A stretch of 64,000 nt of DNA from Vicugna vicugna (lineage: Eukaryota). Position 1 is the first letter of the stretch. Each line of letters begins with the position of its first letter. The stretch lies in NCBI GenBank assembly GCA_013265495.1, contig MU058198.1, positions 5,161,779 to 5,225,778 on the forward strand, in the 5' to 3' direction. The notes below the pieces were generated by a model. That model was not told where the DNA came from. It saw only the letters and a list, made by a program, of their open reading frames with translations, and ran no database searches. This document shows, piece after piece, positions 34,681 to 48,270 of the stretch. Made by a program: the position numbers and the translations under genes.

Positions 34681-36999
34681 GGTTTGTTAACTGAACTACA
34701 CAAAGGAGAAGAATGACACATTGACACCATCTTGCCGAAGCTTAGGGATTGGGGGCGGGGCTTGGCATTTTTAGATTATTCTCAGGAAAGCAGTGCCTTG
34801 GAAAGAAGGGAGTCACATCAAGGAGGGTGACTTCTGGGTCTGAGTGACAGAGAGGCTCTCCTGCCAAGGAGAGCTTGTAAGCTACAGAGTCCCTAACAGC
34901 CGAGACTCCACCTGTGAGACCCAAGAGTGTCCAATGTCAGTGTCCCATTGGGAATGCGTTTTTATTCTTTTTAAAGAAGTGAAGGGAGTTAGCTTACAGT
35001 TTGTTCTTATCATAGCAGTATTCTTCAAATTAAAACATACTTTAAAGTTTCAACAATAAGAAATTATTGAAAATCATTAAAATAAATCCACTTAATAGAA
35101 ATAGTGAAAATGGTACTGTAACTCTTTAAACATTGTTATGCAAAGGTGCTAATGATGTACTGTTGAGTTCATTTTTGAAAAAAAGCCAATGTATTTAGGA
35201 AAGGGTATGGATGGATATAGGACAAGCTGTAATTTTATTTGAGTTATAAGATTATGAATGATTTTTTTTCTTCATTTTCCCCCAATTTATATATTTCTTG
35301 TTGTTTCTCCTGTCACTCCTCAATCTTCACATAAAAGCTCCTGTCCCATGTAAATCCATGTCAACCGCTATATCATCATCTCCACTGCCAACCACTTTGC
35401 CACATGACCTTTAAATGTTCTCTGTGATGAATAAGGACTTTGGTGCTTCAGTCTTCATGGTCTTCAGCTCCACCTGGGTTATTTACCATCACTCTGAGAC
35501 TCCACATGCCAAGGAAACCCCCAGCCACCATCATGACTTCACAAGGTCTTGACTTCCTTAGAGTCAATGAAAAGTCTTCTGTATCCCTCCGCCTCCACCA
35601 GCTACTCCTACCAATGGCCACCCTGCACTGTCACCACGAGATCCACTCCTCTCTGAAATCATAAGCACGACCTTCTGTATCTCTAACTATCATGGGATAT
35701 ATCTGCTTGGATGTCTTACAGATAGCTCCAACTCAGAATGCTTGAAACTGAGAGCTATCAGAGGTACACCGTAAATTTAAACTGTCGTTGCATTTTCACA
35801 GGGGCTCCGTCACCTGTGAGCCATTTTAATACCGAATGAGGCTTTGAGAAATCGCACCAGGGTGTGGGGCACAGACATCCTTCCTTGATCAGGGCATCTT
35901 ATTAACATGTAATATGGTCACGTTCCTACGTGGGTGGCTGAGCTGGGAGTTGTGCACCACCATATGCACGTGTTTGGAGGTCAAGCATCTCTTTCTATTG
36001 TTATAAGACTTGCTGCCCACAGCTTCAGGGTGTAAGCTGTCAGGTGCTCAAGAATGACAGTGGGGGAACCAGATGTGGATGAAGACAGGTGCTGGGCATG
36101 TGGCTTTCCCACAGAAGGTGGTCCGTGAAGCTCACCGGGGACTGTAGCTCAGCTCATGCCGAGTAAGAGCTACTCTGCTTCCTATGCCTAGATGGCTCCA
36201 TTCTCCAAGCCTGGCGTTTGTGGGTTTTGCTCTGATTGGCCCAGCTCAATTCTAAAGACACCAGTTCTCAGTCGCACCCACTATATTCCCATGCTCCAGC
36301 CCCTCACTGGTCAGCAAGAACCTTTTGTGACACCTAGATTAGTCATTGATGCCCACTTGGCCATGATCAGACCCGAGGTCTCAAAATATCTGTGGTAGGA
36401 ACTCTGTCACCCTAATGATTAATGCTCTTTTTGAAGAAACTCTAACTTTCTGCTTGACTTAAACATTGTAGAAATAAATATGTTTCAATGGAAAGTTTTG
36501 CCTTGTGGGGAACATGTCACTCAAGCCTGGGAGATACAGTCTCCTTCGTTTATATGTTGTAGTGCACAGCCTTCTTGAGTCCTTACAAACCAAGGCCCAC
36601 AAACTGAAAGCCAGTTTCACTGAGGGCTATCCTCACCCTCAAGTTCTCTCCTGCAAATTCTTTTCATTAATTGGAGGCAGTTCATCCACTAGCAATCACA
36701 GTTTAGAGAGCCAGCAGAACACAGAACTCTGAGGTAGAATTACATTTAAAGGGATGATTTTGTCTTCCAGAATATAGATTTTTAAAAAATCCAACTATTT
36801 ATTTTTGCAGCAGTAGGAACGTTGTCCAAGGAGTTACTGCACAGAACTTGGCATCCCGATGCATTTGGGAGAACACTGACATTTCTTCTTCAGATTCTAG
36901 GAACTTTACACCTTATTTGGGAATTTAATACACCTACCAATTTGGTAGGCATATAAGGCAGAAATGGACACTGCATACAGCCAAAGAAGACAATTTGAT

Positions 37000-37950
37000 T
37001 GGCAGAATACCTATGGCTGTACCCACAGAATTTATATAAGTAATTTTCCTTGTGGAAAATCAAGTACACAGAATATGAAAAACTTCCATAATCTTGCACT
37101 GCACATAGAACCTCTGTCAACATTCACGTTTAGTATATTTCCGTCCAGTGTCCACCCTTCCTCTCTTTCTAATTGGATTTAGAGATGTAAGTATCTCTAT
37201 CTCTATATATACAGATAAAGCTAGAGAGTAGTTACCTTGAGTTTTTACAAACTGAAACTACGTATAAACATACATACACATATTTTTTGTTTTTTACAAA
37301 ATTAAGATTATAGAATATACAGTATATCCTGGCTTACATTCAGATTATTTTGCTGAGTAGAATACCATATGCATTATCTTGTGCCACTAAATATTCTCCA
37401 CAGCTTAATTTTCATGGCTTTATAATATTTCATTGTATGTTCATGCCAGAATTGATTTCACAAATCTCCTATTGTGAATATTTATGTTTTTTAAAAAAAT
37501 GTATCACTGTTGTAAATGACATGATAATATCACATGTGCATTTCTGAGTTATTTCCTTTGGATAAATTCCTGGAAGCCCAATTATTAGGGAAGAGGATAT
37601 AAACATTTTTATAAGCCTTTAGATATTTCTTGCCAAATTATCCTTAAGAAAGGATAAAACAATTTATTCCTGTACCATCAGTGAATGTATTATCTTATCA
37701 CACTCTTGAGAACAAGAGGCATTCCATATGTAATTATATTCCTTGTCAATTTGATAGAAGTATAATGGCATTTTGTTGTTGTTTTAATTTGCATGTATTT
37801 GATTACAAAATAAGATGATTCTTTTAGCCCTACGTTATCCATATGTATTTCTTCATTTGTGAACAGTTGGTTTATATTCCTTACTTTTTTCGATTGAATG
37901 TTCTTTTTTTTTTTGCCTCTATTGATCCACTAAAGTTATTTCAATATCAA
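37000..37950 (-). mobile_element. Highly decayed L1ME
   Basis: TTATTTCCTTTGGATAAATTCCTGGAAG..., GTTTTAATTTGCATGTATTTGATTAC. Confidence 0.65.
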
Positions 37951-38094
37951 ATATATTAGCTTTGGGAGAAAAAACAAAGTGGTGATAAGAATGTGCATGG
38001 GAAACATTCTGGTACAATAAACCCCCAGCCAGTACTAATTATTATTCTATCGCTGGGGATTAGGGTAAGTGGTAAAAGTGAAGTGCTAGTTATT

Positions 38095-38550
38095 CTGTTT
38101 GCCTGTCCCTCCTGACCCGTCTCCACCCTTTCCTGTCCTATTCTGTACCTCAATAGTCTGGCCGTTATGCACCGGATTCTTAGGGTTCCTCTCCCCTCTG
38201 TTTTCCAGTTGGTTTTGGATAATGGGCATTGGCAACATTAGATCAGAGGGCAGGAGGAGAGAGCGGGTTGGGTGTGAGTCCTCCCCTGCCCCCTGCCCAC
38301 CTTGCTGTGGTTGTGGTAGAGCCTGCATTTCCCTGTGGTCAGATGGCCCTGCTTCCATCTGTTGAAACTCTTCCCCTGGCCACTTTCAACCTGGGGCGTC
38401 CAGAGCATCCTGCTGCTGGTGGCACATAGGACTTCACCATCCCTTGTGATTTCCTTCTCCATGCCCAGTTCTTCGCAGACTGCACCTGCATTTAACTTTC
38501 TTCAGTTAAACCCCTGGAGCAGGTCCTCTGCTTCCTGCCAACACCCTGTC
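38095..38550 (+). mobile_element. ERVL LTR33-like
   Basis: CCCCTCTGTTTTCCAGTTGGTTTTGGATAATGGG..AGATCAGAGGGCAGGAGGAGAGAGCGGGTTGGG. Confidence 0.65.
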
Positions 38551-40479
38551 TCATACAGGAAGTGATTAACTTTTCACTCTAAATACTTCCGTAGTGTTTA
38601 TTGATTTCGTTTTTTCACAAGAATCATGTGTTCACTTTGTGATTAACTGAAAATCCTTTTTTCCCTGGCCACTTGAATCGGCTCTTCAGTGATCTGATCA
38701 GCATTGTCAATTTTTCTATTGTTATTGGCCTCTTTATTTTAATACATAAGAGTTCATTGACTGTTTTATATAGATTCTTAGCCATTTCATATCATCTCTA
38801 TTATAAATGTTTCTCAAATCTATCATTTGTCTGTTGACTTTGCTTAAAATATGTTTTGACACATAAACATGATAAAATTATATTCAAATTTCCTATATAT
38901 CCTTCTGAGTCTCAGTGTATCTTGTCCCACTTGATAAGGCTTTATTATCCTAAGAATTGGTAGATGTAGTCTCTTTAATTGTTTTCTAATATTTTAATTT
39001 AGATTTTTATACACAGGTCTATTGATTTTCCAGTTGATGGAGAATTGTTGGCTATTTTGAATAATGTTGTTAAGAATATTCCTATGCAAGTCTTGGCATG
39101 GATATGGAATTTATCTATTTATCTACTTATTTATTTAATTATAGAATTTACTTTTTATATGATGTGAAGTAAGGGTTCAGACTCATTCATAGTTAGAAAA
39201 TTTAAATCAATATAACAACAAATTACTCTCAAGGGTTTGGGGAAAAAAGTATAAAAAATTTAACACTTACTCTTGGTGGGGCATAGGGGAAAATTGTTGT
39301 CTTGAAAATTACTGAAGGAAGTGTAAGTTTTTACAGTCATTTTGGAAAATAAAATGACTATATCTCTTAAAATTAAAATTACACATGCTTGTCAACCCAG
39401 CAGCTCCGCTTCCGAGAATCCAACCATCAGGAATGTAAACATCCGCACATTAGGACGCATTTACCAGAATGTCTGTGGCAGCTTTGAGTGGAGTTGCAAA
39501 AATAAATGCTGGTGACAAAGAGAGAGTTGAAACATCTATATAATAGGATATTTTGCAGCCACTTAAAAGAATGAATTATAGCTCTAACAGTTAGAAGGAT
39601 CTCTAAGAGGTATTGTTGAGTGTTTCCTATGATACTATTTTTATTAAGCTAACAATGACAAAAAAGGTATGTGTAGGTTTGCAAATAGTTACATGAAAAT
39701 GGAGAAAGACAAAAGAAGCATTTACAGCTATTTTGTTAGCAAAGGTTATGTGGTTATTGGATTTGGGAGTGGGGCCAAAAAAAAAAAAAAAAGCATTGTA
39801 ATAGAAAAACAGAACTCCCCACTCATGATATGATCCCTTTCTGGTTTGTTACAGATATCTGCATCTATTTGCATAATTAAATTAGTAAAAAGACTATATT
39901 TATATCTATTGACTTGTAAGATTGTCAAGCACGAAATCCAAGTTGCTTAGCAAAGTATAAATAAACAGCAAAAAAACCTCTTTATATGCCTGCATATCCG
40001 TATGATGCTGTCTGGTTGTGTACCCTAGAAGAAAAGTTGGACACATTCTAACTTGCTCATGTTAGGGATGGGGGTGGAGGGAAAAGAGAAGCCAAGGGAA
40101 TTGGGATAACATGGAAATGATGGCTTTGCATAGATAGAATTTTATAGTGCATTATTTCAATCAAAGTATGTTTGTAACCTGAAACATGTAATGTAACTTT
40201 TCTAAAAACAGGAAAAGGAAATAAAAGGAGAGATGCTCTATGATAGGACTGTGTCTCAGGGGTGTGGGAAGGTAGCTACTAACATTGCTCAGGGGAAACC
40301 AGAAAGATCTCAGAGAGGAGGCGATCAGAAACAGAACTTGGACAAAGAGAAAATATTCCTTCGGTAGAGAAGAAGAAAGCATTGCAGGTAGAGCACAGAG
40401 CATGTGCAGAGGCACAAAGATAGAAAAAAAAAAGTTCCCTAAAAATTAAATGAGACAAGAAAGAAAGAAGGAGCTTGGG

Positions 40480-40551
40480 TGTGAAAATGAATGTATGTAA
40501 ATACACGCATGACCGGGACATTATGCTGCACACCAGAAACTGACACATTAC
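40480..40551 (+). mobile_element. Very short L1 3'-terminal fragment lacking poly-A
   Basis: GCATGACCGGGACATTATGCTGCACACCAGAAACTGACACATT aligns to 43519-43561. Confidence 0.8.
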
Positions 40552-42884
40552 AGTCTTGGAGTCTGTGCACACCACACTGAGCATCTCATCTTCTCCAGAA
40601 CTCGGGCTCGCCGGGAGCAGCGGCGGGTACCACGTCACGCGCGAGCCCATGGAGGGTCTGTAGAACGCAGACCACTCAGTGCAAAGCGCGCTCTAAGAGA
40701 GCAAACGTCTGCTCAGGTGGCTCACACACAGTGTTTTATGAATTAAAGAGCAGTAATGGGCACTTCACTCTCAATTCCCTGAGAAAAGCTAATCAGCAAC
40801 CAAACTGGAATTGATTTTTTTTTTCTTTTGCTAGTTCAATACTTAATGTTACATGCTAAGCAACAGGATTTTACAATTCGCTAGTCCTTCACTTACAGGG
40901 AATTAAGCAATAAAAATCCACTCACCTCCTGTATACCAAGGGCCGAGGCTTTGCCCTAATAAGTGAGTGAACCGATTGAGTGATTCAGTGAGCACATTGA
41001 TTTCTTGTTTTTCCGAATACCTATTTCTTTGCTATATAGACTCCAAGAGTGTTTTTTTTTTTTTAATCATCTTCTGGAATTCCTTGCCCTCTTTCTTTCT
41101 CTCCCCAAGCCTGAGGCTCAGGAACCTGCTGCTGTCCGTGTCCCTGAAACTTTTCGAGACAAGTGTAGTGCTGCCAGGGGTCTCTCGTGTCGGGGCACTC
41201 CCCCATCAGAGTTTATAAAGATCAGAACGGTCCTTGTTTCTTGCCTGGATGACGGCAGCAGCCTCCTTAGTCCTCTTTCTGCCTCCAGTCTCTCCCTCTC
41301 CGATTCTGTAGATGCCAAAGGGAGCTTCGCTGGGTCTTCACAGCACCCTCATGAAATATACGCTAACATTTCATGATAATAATGTGGTCCATGTTTATAG
41401 ATGATGAAAATGAGCTGCATGGAGGCTGTTGGCATCTAGGGTCACCTGGGTAGGGATGGACTGAGCTAGAATTTAAATCAGATACTCTGGCTCTGGTCCA
41501 TAACCTGAACCTTTACACTGTGCTTCCCCTCTGATATTTACACATTCACGTGGCACTCCCTAGAAAGACTGGCTGCCTTTGGTTAACTCCCACCCATCAT
41601 TACTTGTCTATTAAGAAAATGACACAGGGTTGGTGCACAGTGATTATTCGCTGCCTGACTTCGTTGGGAGCATTTTGATGGCCTCCGGTGTCCTAATGTT
41701 TGGCATGTTGTGTGGTGCAGACAGAATGGAGCAGCTGTGAAGAATGGGAAGTGAGGGCACTCAACAGCCTTGGAGGCCACAGTCTGTAAACTGCTGGTGT
41801 TTTGTGGAGTGCTAAAAAGGGCTTGTGCCCCCCCCAGGACTTGACAGGGAAAGGCTTGCCTTGCACTGAAGGCTCTACTGAGAGGGGTCAAGGAGCGTCT
41901 TCACATTCTTCCCAGTCCCGAGAAACTCCCTGCCCATCAACCAGGATCGGGGCTGGACTGGAAGGACAGTTACCTCCTAGATAAGTTCCATCAGGAGGCT
42001 CTTAGTCAAGCCACCTCATCTTAATAGGACAGGAGGGAGGGAGGGACTTGTACTTGTTTAGGGGACTTCAGGGTCCTCTTGAGCCAATCATGAAGGCCTC
42101 ATCTGTCTGTATTGTTGGTTTTTAGCTGTGTCAGCGGAGTCCTAGGTGGGCTGCAGAGAGGTACCTTAGGTGGCCAGGCGAAGGGGCCAAGGAGAAGCAG
42201 AAGCGCTTTGTATTTTCTTACCTGCTAATAAGCTTGTATGACATTCATTACTTTGACAAAAAACCAAAAACCCAAACCAAACCAAAACAAACAGAAACAC
42301 CCAGCTCTGCATTGGGTTAAATATTTACAGGAATTATGTCAGTAATCCTTTCAGAACCCTTAGTGGAAGTATAATTTTACTTGTACTGTAGTTTGCCATA
42401 TTGACTATATGTCTGTATTTTACTGAAGAATCACCCAAGTTCACACACAGCCAGTAGTTGGCAGGATCAGGATCTGAACCCAAGGCTGTCTGGCTCCCAG
42501 CCCCGGGATGTTAGCCACCTTGGTACACAGATGCAACTCCCTGAACTTTGTCTTGCTATCTCCTGTTGTTTCTTGCCTCCTCCACTCAGCTCCACCCTGC
42601 AAAATGAATAAACTTTGATAAGGAATTTCTGTTTCCCGGGGTACCAGCCACTGTTGTGTCTATGAGCATAGCCTTGTCATGCCCTGCATCATTGCTGAAT
42701 CAAGGGATTTGACACAATTTTTCTTTTCACCCAAAACAGAGAAAAGTGGAGGCTTGAACAAAAGACTTTCTTTGACTGCCTGGAAAATCTTTTTTTTTTT
42801 TCTGCACCCTTCACGTGTATATTTGCTTGATTGACTTCTGTTTACCATTAAAGACTTTGCCTCCTCCAGAAAGAAATATGATTA

Positions 42885-42935
42885 CACATGCACACAGACA
42901 CACTCACACACACACACACACTTGCATGCACACAC
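42885..42935. repeat. Imperfect (CA)n microsatellite
   Basis: Directly visible. Confidence 0.9.
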
Positions 42936-43309
42936 GTGTATCTGGCACAGGGTATGACTCATTAAATAGCTGCTGGATGAGTGCATGAATGAATAAATGA
43001 ATGAATGTACACAATGAACATACAGATAATTCTCAGATCTTTCCCTATGAAGTGCCAACTTTAGGCATTTAAAAAAGGGTAAATTTGCAACAAGCAAAGT
43101 TTGAGCCAGACTGCAAGAAAAGTCATGAACCTGAGAAAGAGAATATTGACAGGGTAACCTTCATAAAGTCTTTCTCTAGAAAACACAATAGAAACAAACA
43201 TGCATGTGGAATGGTTGAATGATTGGCATGCTTGGAGGGGCGGGGTGAGGTAGGCTGGCACAACAGCTCCCCATCCCATGTATGCATGAGATTAAGATGC
43301 AGATTTCCA

Positions 43310-43600
43310 GATTCACAGACATAGTAAACAATCTTATGGTTACCTGGGAAAGGGGATGGGAGGGGCTAAATTTGGGAGTTTGAGATTTACAAATGTTAGC
43401 CATTATATATAAAAATAGATTTTAAAAAAGTTTCTTTTGATTAGCACAGAGAAGTATGTTCAATATCTTGTAATAACCTTTAATGAAAAAAAATGAAGAT
43501 GAATACATGTATGTATATGCATGACTGGGACATTGTGCTGTACACCAGAGATCGACACATTGTAATTGACTGTACTTCAATAAAAAAAAAATGTTTTTTA
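43310..43600 (+). mobile_element. Young camelid-type L1 3' UTR with poly-A
   Basis: Perfect 13-bp TSD ATGCAGATTTCCA (43297-43309, 43601-43613); ends CTGTACTTCAATAAAAAAAAAA. Confidence 0.92.
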
Positions 43601-44237
43601 ATGCAGATTTCCAAGCATTGCTCCCAGAAATTCTGATTTGGGTTCTAACTCAAGATTTTTCTTTTAATTTACCAGCCTCATACATTGCACTTACTATATG
43701 TCATGTACTGTTCTAAGTGCTTATAGAAATCACCTCAGTTAATTTTCACAAAACTCTTAAAAGGTAAGTGCTTCAATTATCATCGTATAATGTGCTCGAG
43801 GTCACATGGCTGGTGATGGAGGAACCAGGACTAAACCCAGGCAGGAGCTGTGCCTTGGTTCTGATGCATTGTTGTTGGTTTCTGGGCACTTCCAGACGTT
43901 CCTTCAACTCTGATTTAAATCAGCTTACAAGCAGGATATTTTATAAAGGGATAAGTTAGTTCTGGGCAAAGATGAATTCTTTCTTTGCACAAAAAACTTG
44001 GTAGCCTTTGCTTCTCTGTGAATACTGGTAATCCTTGCATCATGTGACCATTGTCCATGGCTGCAGTGCCTCCTTACTGTGAGTGTCTTGAGGGTGGGGA
44101 AGCTTTCAAGCCTTGTTGCAATCCACCCACCTTGCCCCACACTTAGGACTGCGCCTGGCACATAGTAGGTGGTCAGTGGATTTAGTCTTCATCATAAACT
44201 TGTTAGAGAACTTGCCATGGATGTCAGCAGTATGCGC

Positions 44238-44693
44238 TGTATTCGTTTCCTATTGCTGTTGTAACAGATTACCACAAACTTGGTGGCTGAAAACAATGCA
44301 AATTTATTATCTTGAAATGCTGGACTAAGATCAAGGTGTTGGCAGAGCTGTGTTCCTTCTGGAGGCCACAGGAGGGAAGCTGTTTCCTTGCCTTTGCAGC
44401 TTCTAGAGGCTGTTGGAATCCTGGGCGGATGGACCTCTTCTCACTTCCATCTTCAATGCCAGTAGTCACGTCACTCTCCTCACATCTCCTTCTTTGACCC
44501 TGATTCTCCTGCCTTCATCTTTCACTTATGAAGACCTTTTAATTACATTGAAACCACCCAGATAACCCAGGATAATCTTTCCACCATAAAATCCTTAATC
44601 TAAATCACATCTGCAAAGTCCCTTTTGCCATGACTGGTAACACATTCACAGGTCCTGGGGACTGGAATAGGGTCCACTATTTTGTCTACCAGA
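44238..44693 (-). mobile_element. ERVL-MaLR solo LTR (MLT1B/C-like)
   Basis: TGTATTCGTTTCCTATTGCTGTTGTAACAGATTACCACAAACTTGGTGGCT...AATCACATCTGCAAAGTCCCTTTTGCCATG. Confidence 0.88.
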
Positions 44694-45415
44694 GGTACTC
44701 AAGACTTAATAGATTGCCTCTTCTGTTCTATTTAACTAATTGATCTTTCATTCACTCAACTTGAGTCTTTATAATGAGCTAAAAATATGTGCCTTTATGG
44801 TTGAGTATACTAATCTTTACTTTAAAGAAACCCCATAAGGATATGAGACGTGAAAGTAACTCCAGCCCCGGAAAAGCAGAGAGAAAATGTTCCACTAATT
44901 TCATAGGAGAACAGAGCCACCTGAGCTGAGAGAATACAGGAAAATTTCGTGGAAGAGATGCTACTGGAGCTGGAAGATAAAACTTATGTCAAATTTAAGA
45001 ATGAGAGGGAGTGGGAGCAGGAGGAGAAAGGCCACGAAGGAAGAAAGCCTGACAATGAGAATAGCTAATATAAGTGAATGTTATCAAGTGCCAGACACTG
45101 TTAATTACTTTATAAGGATTTCTACCCATGTTCTTCAAAACAACAAACCTAAGACATAGACATTATTGTTTTCCCCACATTAGAGGTGAGGAAACGGAGG
45201 CACAAGTAGGCTGAGCATCTTATCCAAAGGAAGTGATAGAAAGTGAATTGAAACCCAGCTCCTTGCCCACAAGTAAGTAGTCTTGTTTAGAGAGTGAAAC
45301 ATATATGTAAAGGGGCGTAAGTGGAGAATAAGACTGAAAAAGTTAGGTAGGGATTAGATCATGTAAGATTTGGGAGCCAGACCTTGAGTTACCACTTCAT
45401 TTAAAAGATTATAAG

Positions 45416-48270
45416 TCCACTTTGGGGAAGATGCAGGAGATGTTCTTTCTTTTATTCCTCCTACTATCTACAACTGAAAACCTAGACAGAATGGCTAGGT
45501 ATGTCAACTAGATGAGGTCCCAATTTTTGTTTTTATTTACGTTTTTTAATGACTCTTGTATCCAAGATTTAGAGCTGAAGTATCCAGCAACTTAGAAACA
45601 TCAAGGGGTACAGGGAAAAAAAAACCCAACAAAAGTCCTCTCTCTAGCCAAAGAGCCATGAAAGGGGCAATCTAGAAAAACAGACAACTTTTAGACAATA
45701 ACCACTTGTTAAAAGTTTCCTGTTTAGCCAAGCTCCACAGGAAAAACTATGGCCCCACGCACATCTTAGCTAGCAAAGGTTCAGTGGGGAGCCTGTTCTT
45801 CTACCTTTGCCAGGCTGTCATGAGCCCTCACTGCTGGGGTGTCAGAGGAGTCCAGAGTGGGAGCCAAGAATTCCACCCCCATCCAATAGTAATGAAGTGT
45901 CCCTCACCCTCCCCATTGGATTGGTGTCAAGACTTTCATTGTTGCCCAGAAATGAGGCCACACCCTATGGTGTCAGTGGCAAACACATGGGAAGCAGCAA
46001 CAAGGAACATCTGCCCCATCCAGCCAGAGAGGTACCAGCAGAAATCTAGTCCATCCCCCACTTGGATATCCACAGAGACTCAGGGAGGAGCATGGACTTC
46101 TGCCTGCACCAGCAGTAATGAGGTAGTGAGCCCCTCCTTCTACCAGAACAATGTTACAGAATGTCAGCAAATGCAGAAAGTTGAAATAAGATGTAGAGGC
46201 TCATAACATAATACCTGAAATGTCCAGGTTTCAGTTAAAATCACTCATGATTCCAAAGAAAATATCAACTTGAATGGAAAACAAAACAAAACAAAACAAC
46301 AACTATCAATGCCAGCATGAAAATGACAAAGAGGTTAGAATTAGAATTAGCTGACAAAGATTTTAAAGTTGTTGTCGTAAGAAATGCTTCAATGAGCAAA
46401 CATGCTGAAAAAAAATGTATATTTAAAAAAAAACTCTCAGCAAAAAAAAATAGAGGCTCTAAAGAAAAATAAATGGAAATTTTAGAAATGAAAAACACAA
46501 CAATCGAGATAAAAAGCCCAGTGCATGGGATCAACAGCAGAATGGTGAGGATGGAAGAAAAAATCACTGAACTGGAAGAGAAAACAAGAGAAATTACCAA
46601 ATCTGAGTAACAGAGAAAACTGACTAAAAATGAACAGGTAGTTAAGGGCCTGTGGGGCTTTAGCAAAGGATCTAACCTGTGTCATTAGAGCCCCAAAAGC
46701 AAAGGAAAAAGGTGGAACTGAAAAAAGCACTTAAAGAAATAATAGCTGAACACTTCCTATATTTGGCAAAAGACATGAACCTGTAGATTGAAGAAGATGA
46801 GTGAATCCCAAATAGGATAAATCCAAGGGAATTCATACCAAGAAAAATACTGAAAACAAATAGAAAATCTTGACAGCAACCAGAGAGAAATGCCTCCTTA
46901 TTCTGTAGGAGAAAACAATGTGAATCACAGAGGATTTCTTATCAGACAGGGAGACCAGAAGAAAGCGAACAACATTTTCTTTCAAGATGAAAGAAAAGGA
47001 CTGTCAACTCAAAATCTTAACTGGTGAAAATATTCTTCAGGAATGAAGATGAAACCAAGACACTCTCAGGTGAAAGAAAACTAAGAGAATCTATTGTCAG
47101 CAGAACTGCCTGAAAAAGGAAGATTTCTAAAGATTTCTAAAGGAAGTTCTCTAAACAGAAAGAAAATTGTAAAAGAAAAAACTTGGAACATCAGGAAGGA
47201 AGAAAGTGGTAAGCAAAAATATGGGTAAATACAATTTTACTTCTCCTCTTGAGTTTTCAGATTATATTTGATGGTGAAAGAGAAAGTTATAACACTGATG
47301 TGGTTTTTAATGTATGTAAAGGAAATACTTACTATGATTATACTGTAAATGGGGAGCATTAAGTGAGTTTAGGTTTTGCTTGAATTGGTAAAATAACAAT
47401 ATTAGTAAACTGTGATAATTTTTGTTTACAGAAGGTAATGTCTAGAGCAATCACTAAAAAAGCCATACTAGGAGACGCTCTCAAAAACACTACAAATAAA
47501 TAAAAATGAAATTCATAAAAATGATCAGGTAAGAACAGAATAATGTTTTTTGATCACAAGGGAATCAAGCTGGAAATCAGTAGCAAAAAGATAACAGAAA
47601 TTTTCTGAACAGTTTGAAAGTAAACAGTGCAATTCAAAATAAGCCATGGATCAAAGAGGAACTCTCAAGAGAAATTACAATATATTGAGTAGAATGAAAA
47701 TGAAAATAAAACATATTAAAAATTGTAGGAAACAGCTAAAGCAGCGCTGAGGGAAATTTATAGCACTAAGTGCATGCGTTAGGGAAAAAAAAGGAAATGA
47801 CTCAAGTCGATAATTTAGGCTTCCACCTCAAGAATTCAGAAAAAGAAAAGCAAAATAAACCCAGAAAGAGCAGAAATAGGAAATAATAAAGAGCAGAATT
47901 TGATTAAGTTAAAAGCAGACAAAATAGAGAAAAATCAATAAAACAAAGCATTTCATTTAATAACATTCTTGAAAGGATAACTTTGTAGAAATAGAGAACA
48001 GATTAATGGTTGCCAGAGGTTAAGGAAGGGGTGGAGGCAGGGAGTCAGTGGATGTGTCTATAAAAAAGCAACATGAGATGTTTGTGGTGATGGAAATGCT
48101 CTGTACCTTGATTGCGGCAACATCAGCCTTCAGACTGTGTTGTTACACTATTTCTTTTGCAGAAGTTTCCCATTGGGAGAAACCGGGTCCAGTATATATG
48201 GGATCTCCTTGTGATATTTCTTACAACTATATGTGATTCTACAATTATCTCAAAAGTTTAACTTTTAAAA
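45416..48270 (+). mobile_element. Old L1 (L1MD-like) with 5' UTR, ORF1 remnant, ORF2 N-terminal fragment and 3' UTR; RT region missing
   Basis: ORF1-like at about 46300-47200 (INSRMVRMEEKITELEEK). ORF2 EN/linker-like at about 47545-47945 (DHKGIKLEIS...ETAKAALR..FIALSA). L1MD-type 3' UTR at 47950-48265. Confidence 0.8.

Noticed and set aside
35780..36480. Possible ancient LTR or unique regulatory element
   Set aside because: I could not assign it to a family or find convincing termini or motifs; left unannotated.
40279..40650. 123-aa minus-strand ORF starting in the CpG cluster
   Set aside because: Most of it reads through antisense L1 and L2-derived sequence; no recognisable domain.
45706..46206. 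166-aa ORF
   Set aside because: Lies in the 5' UTR region of an old L1, has a TTG start and no protein similarity I recognise.
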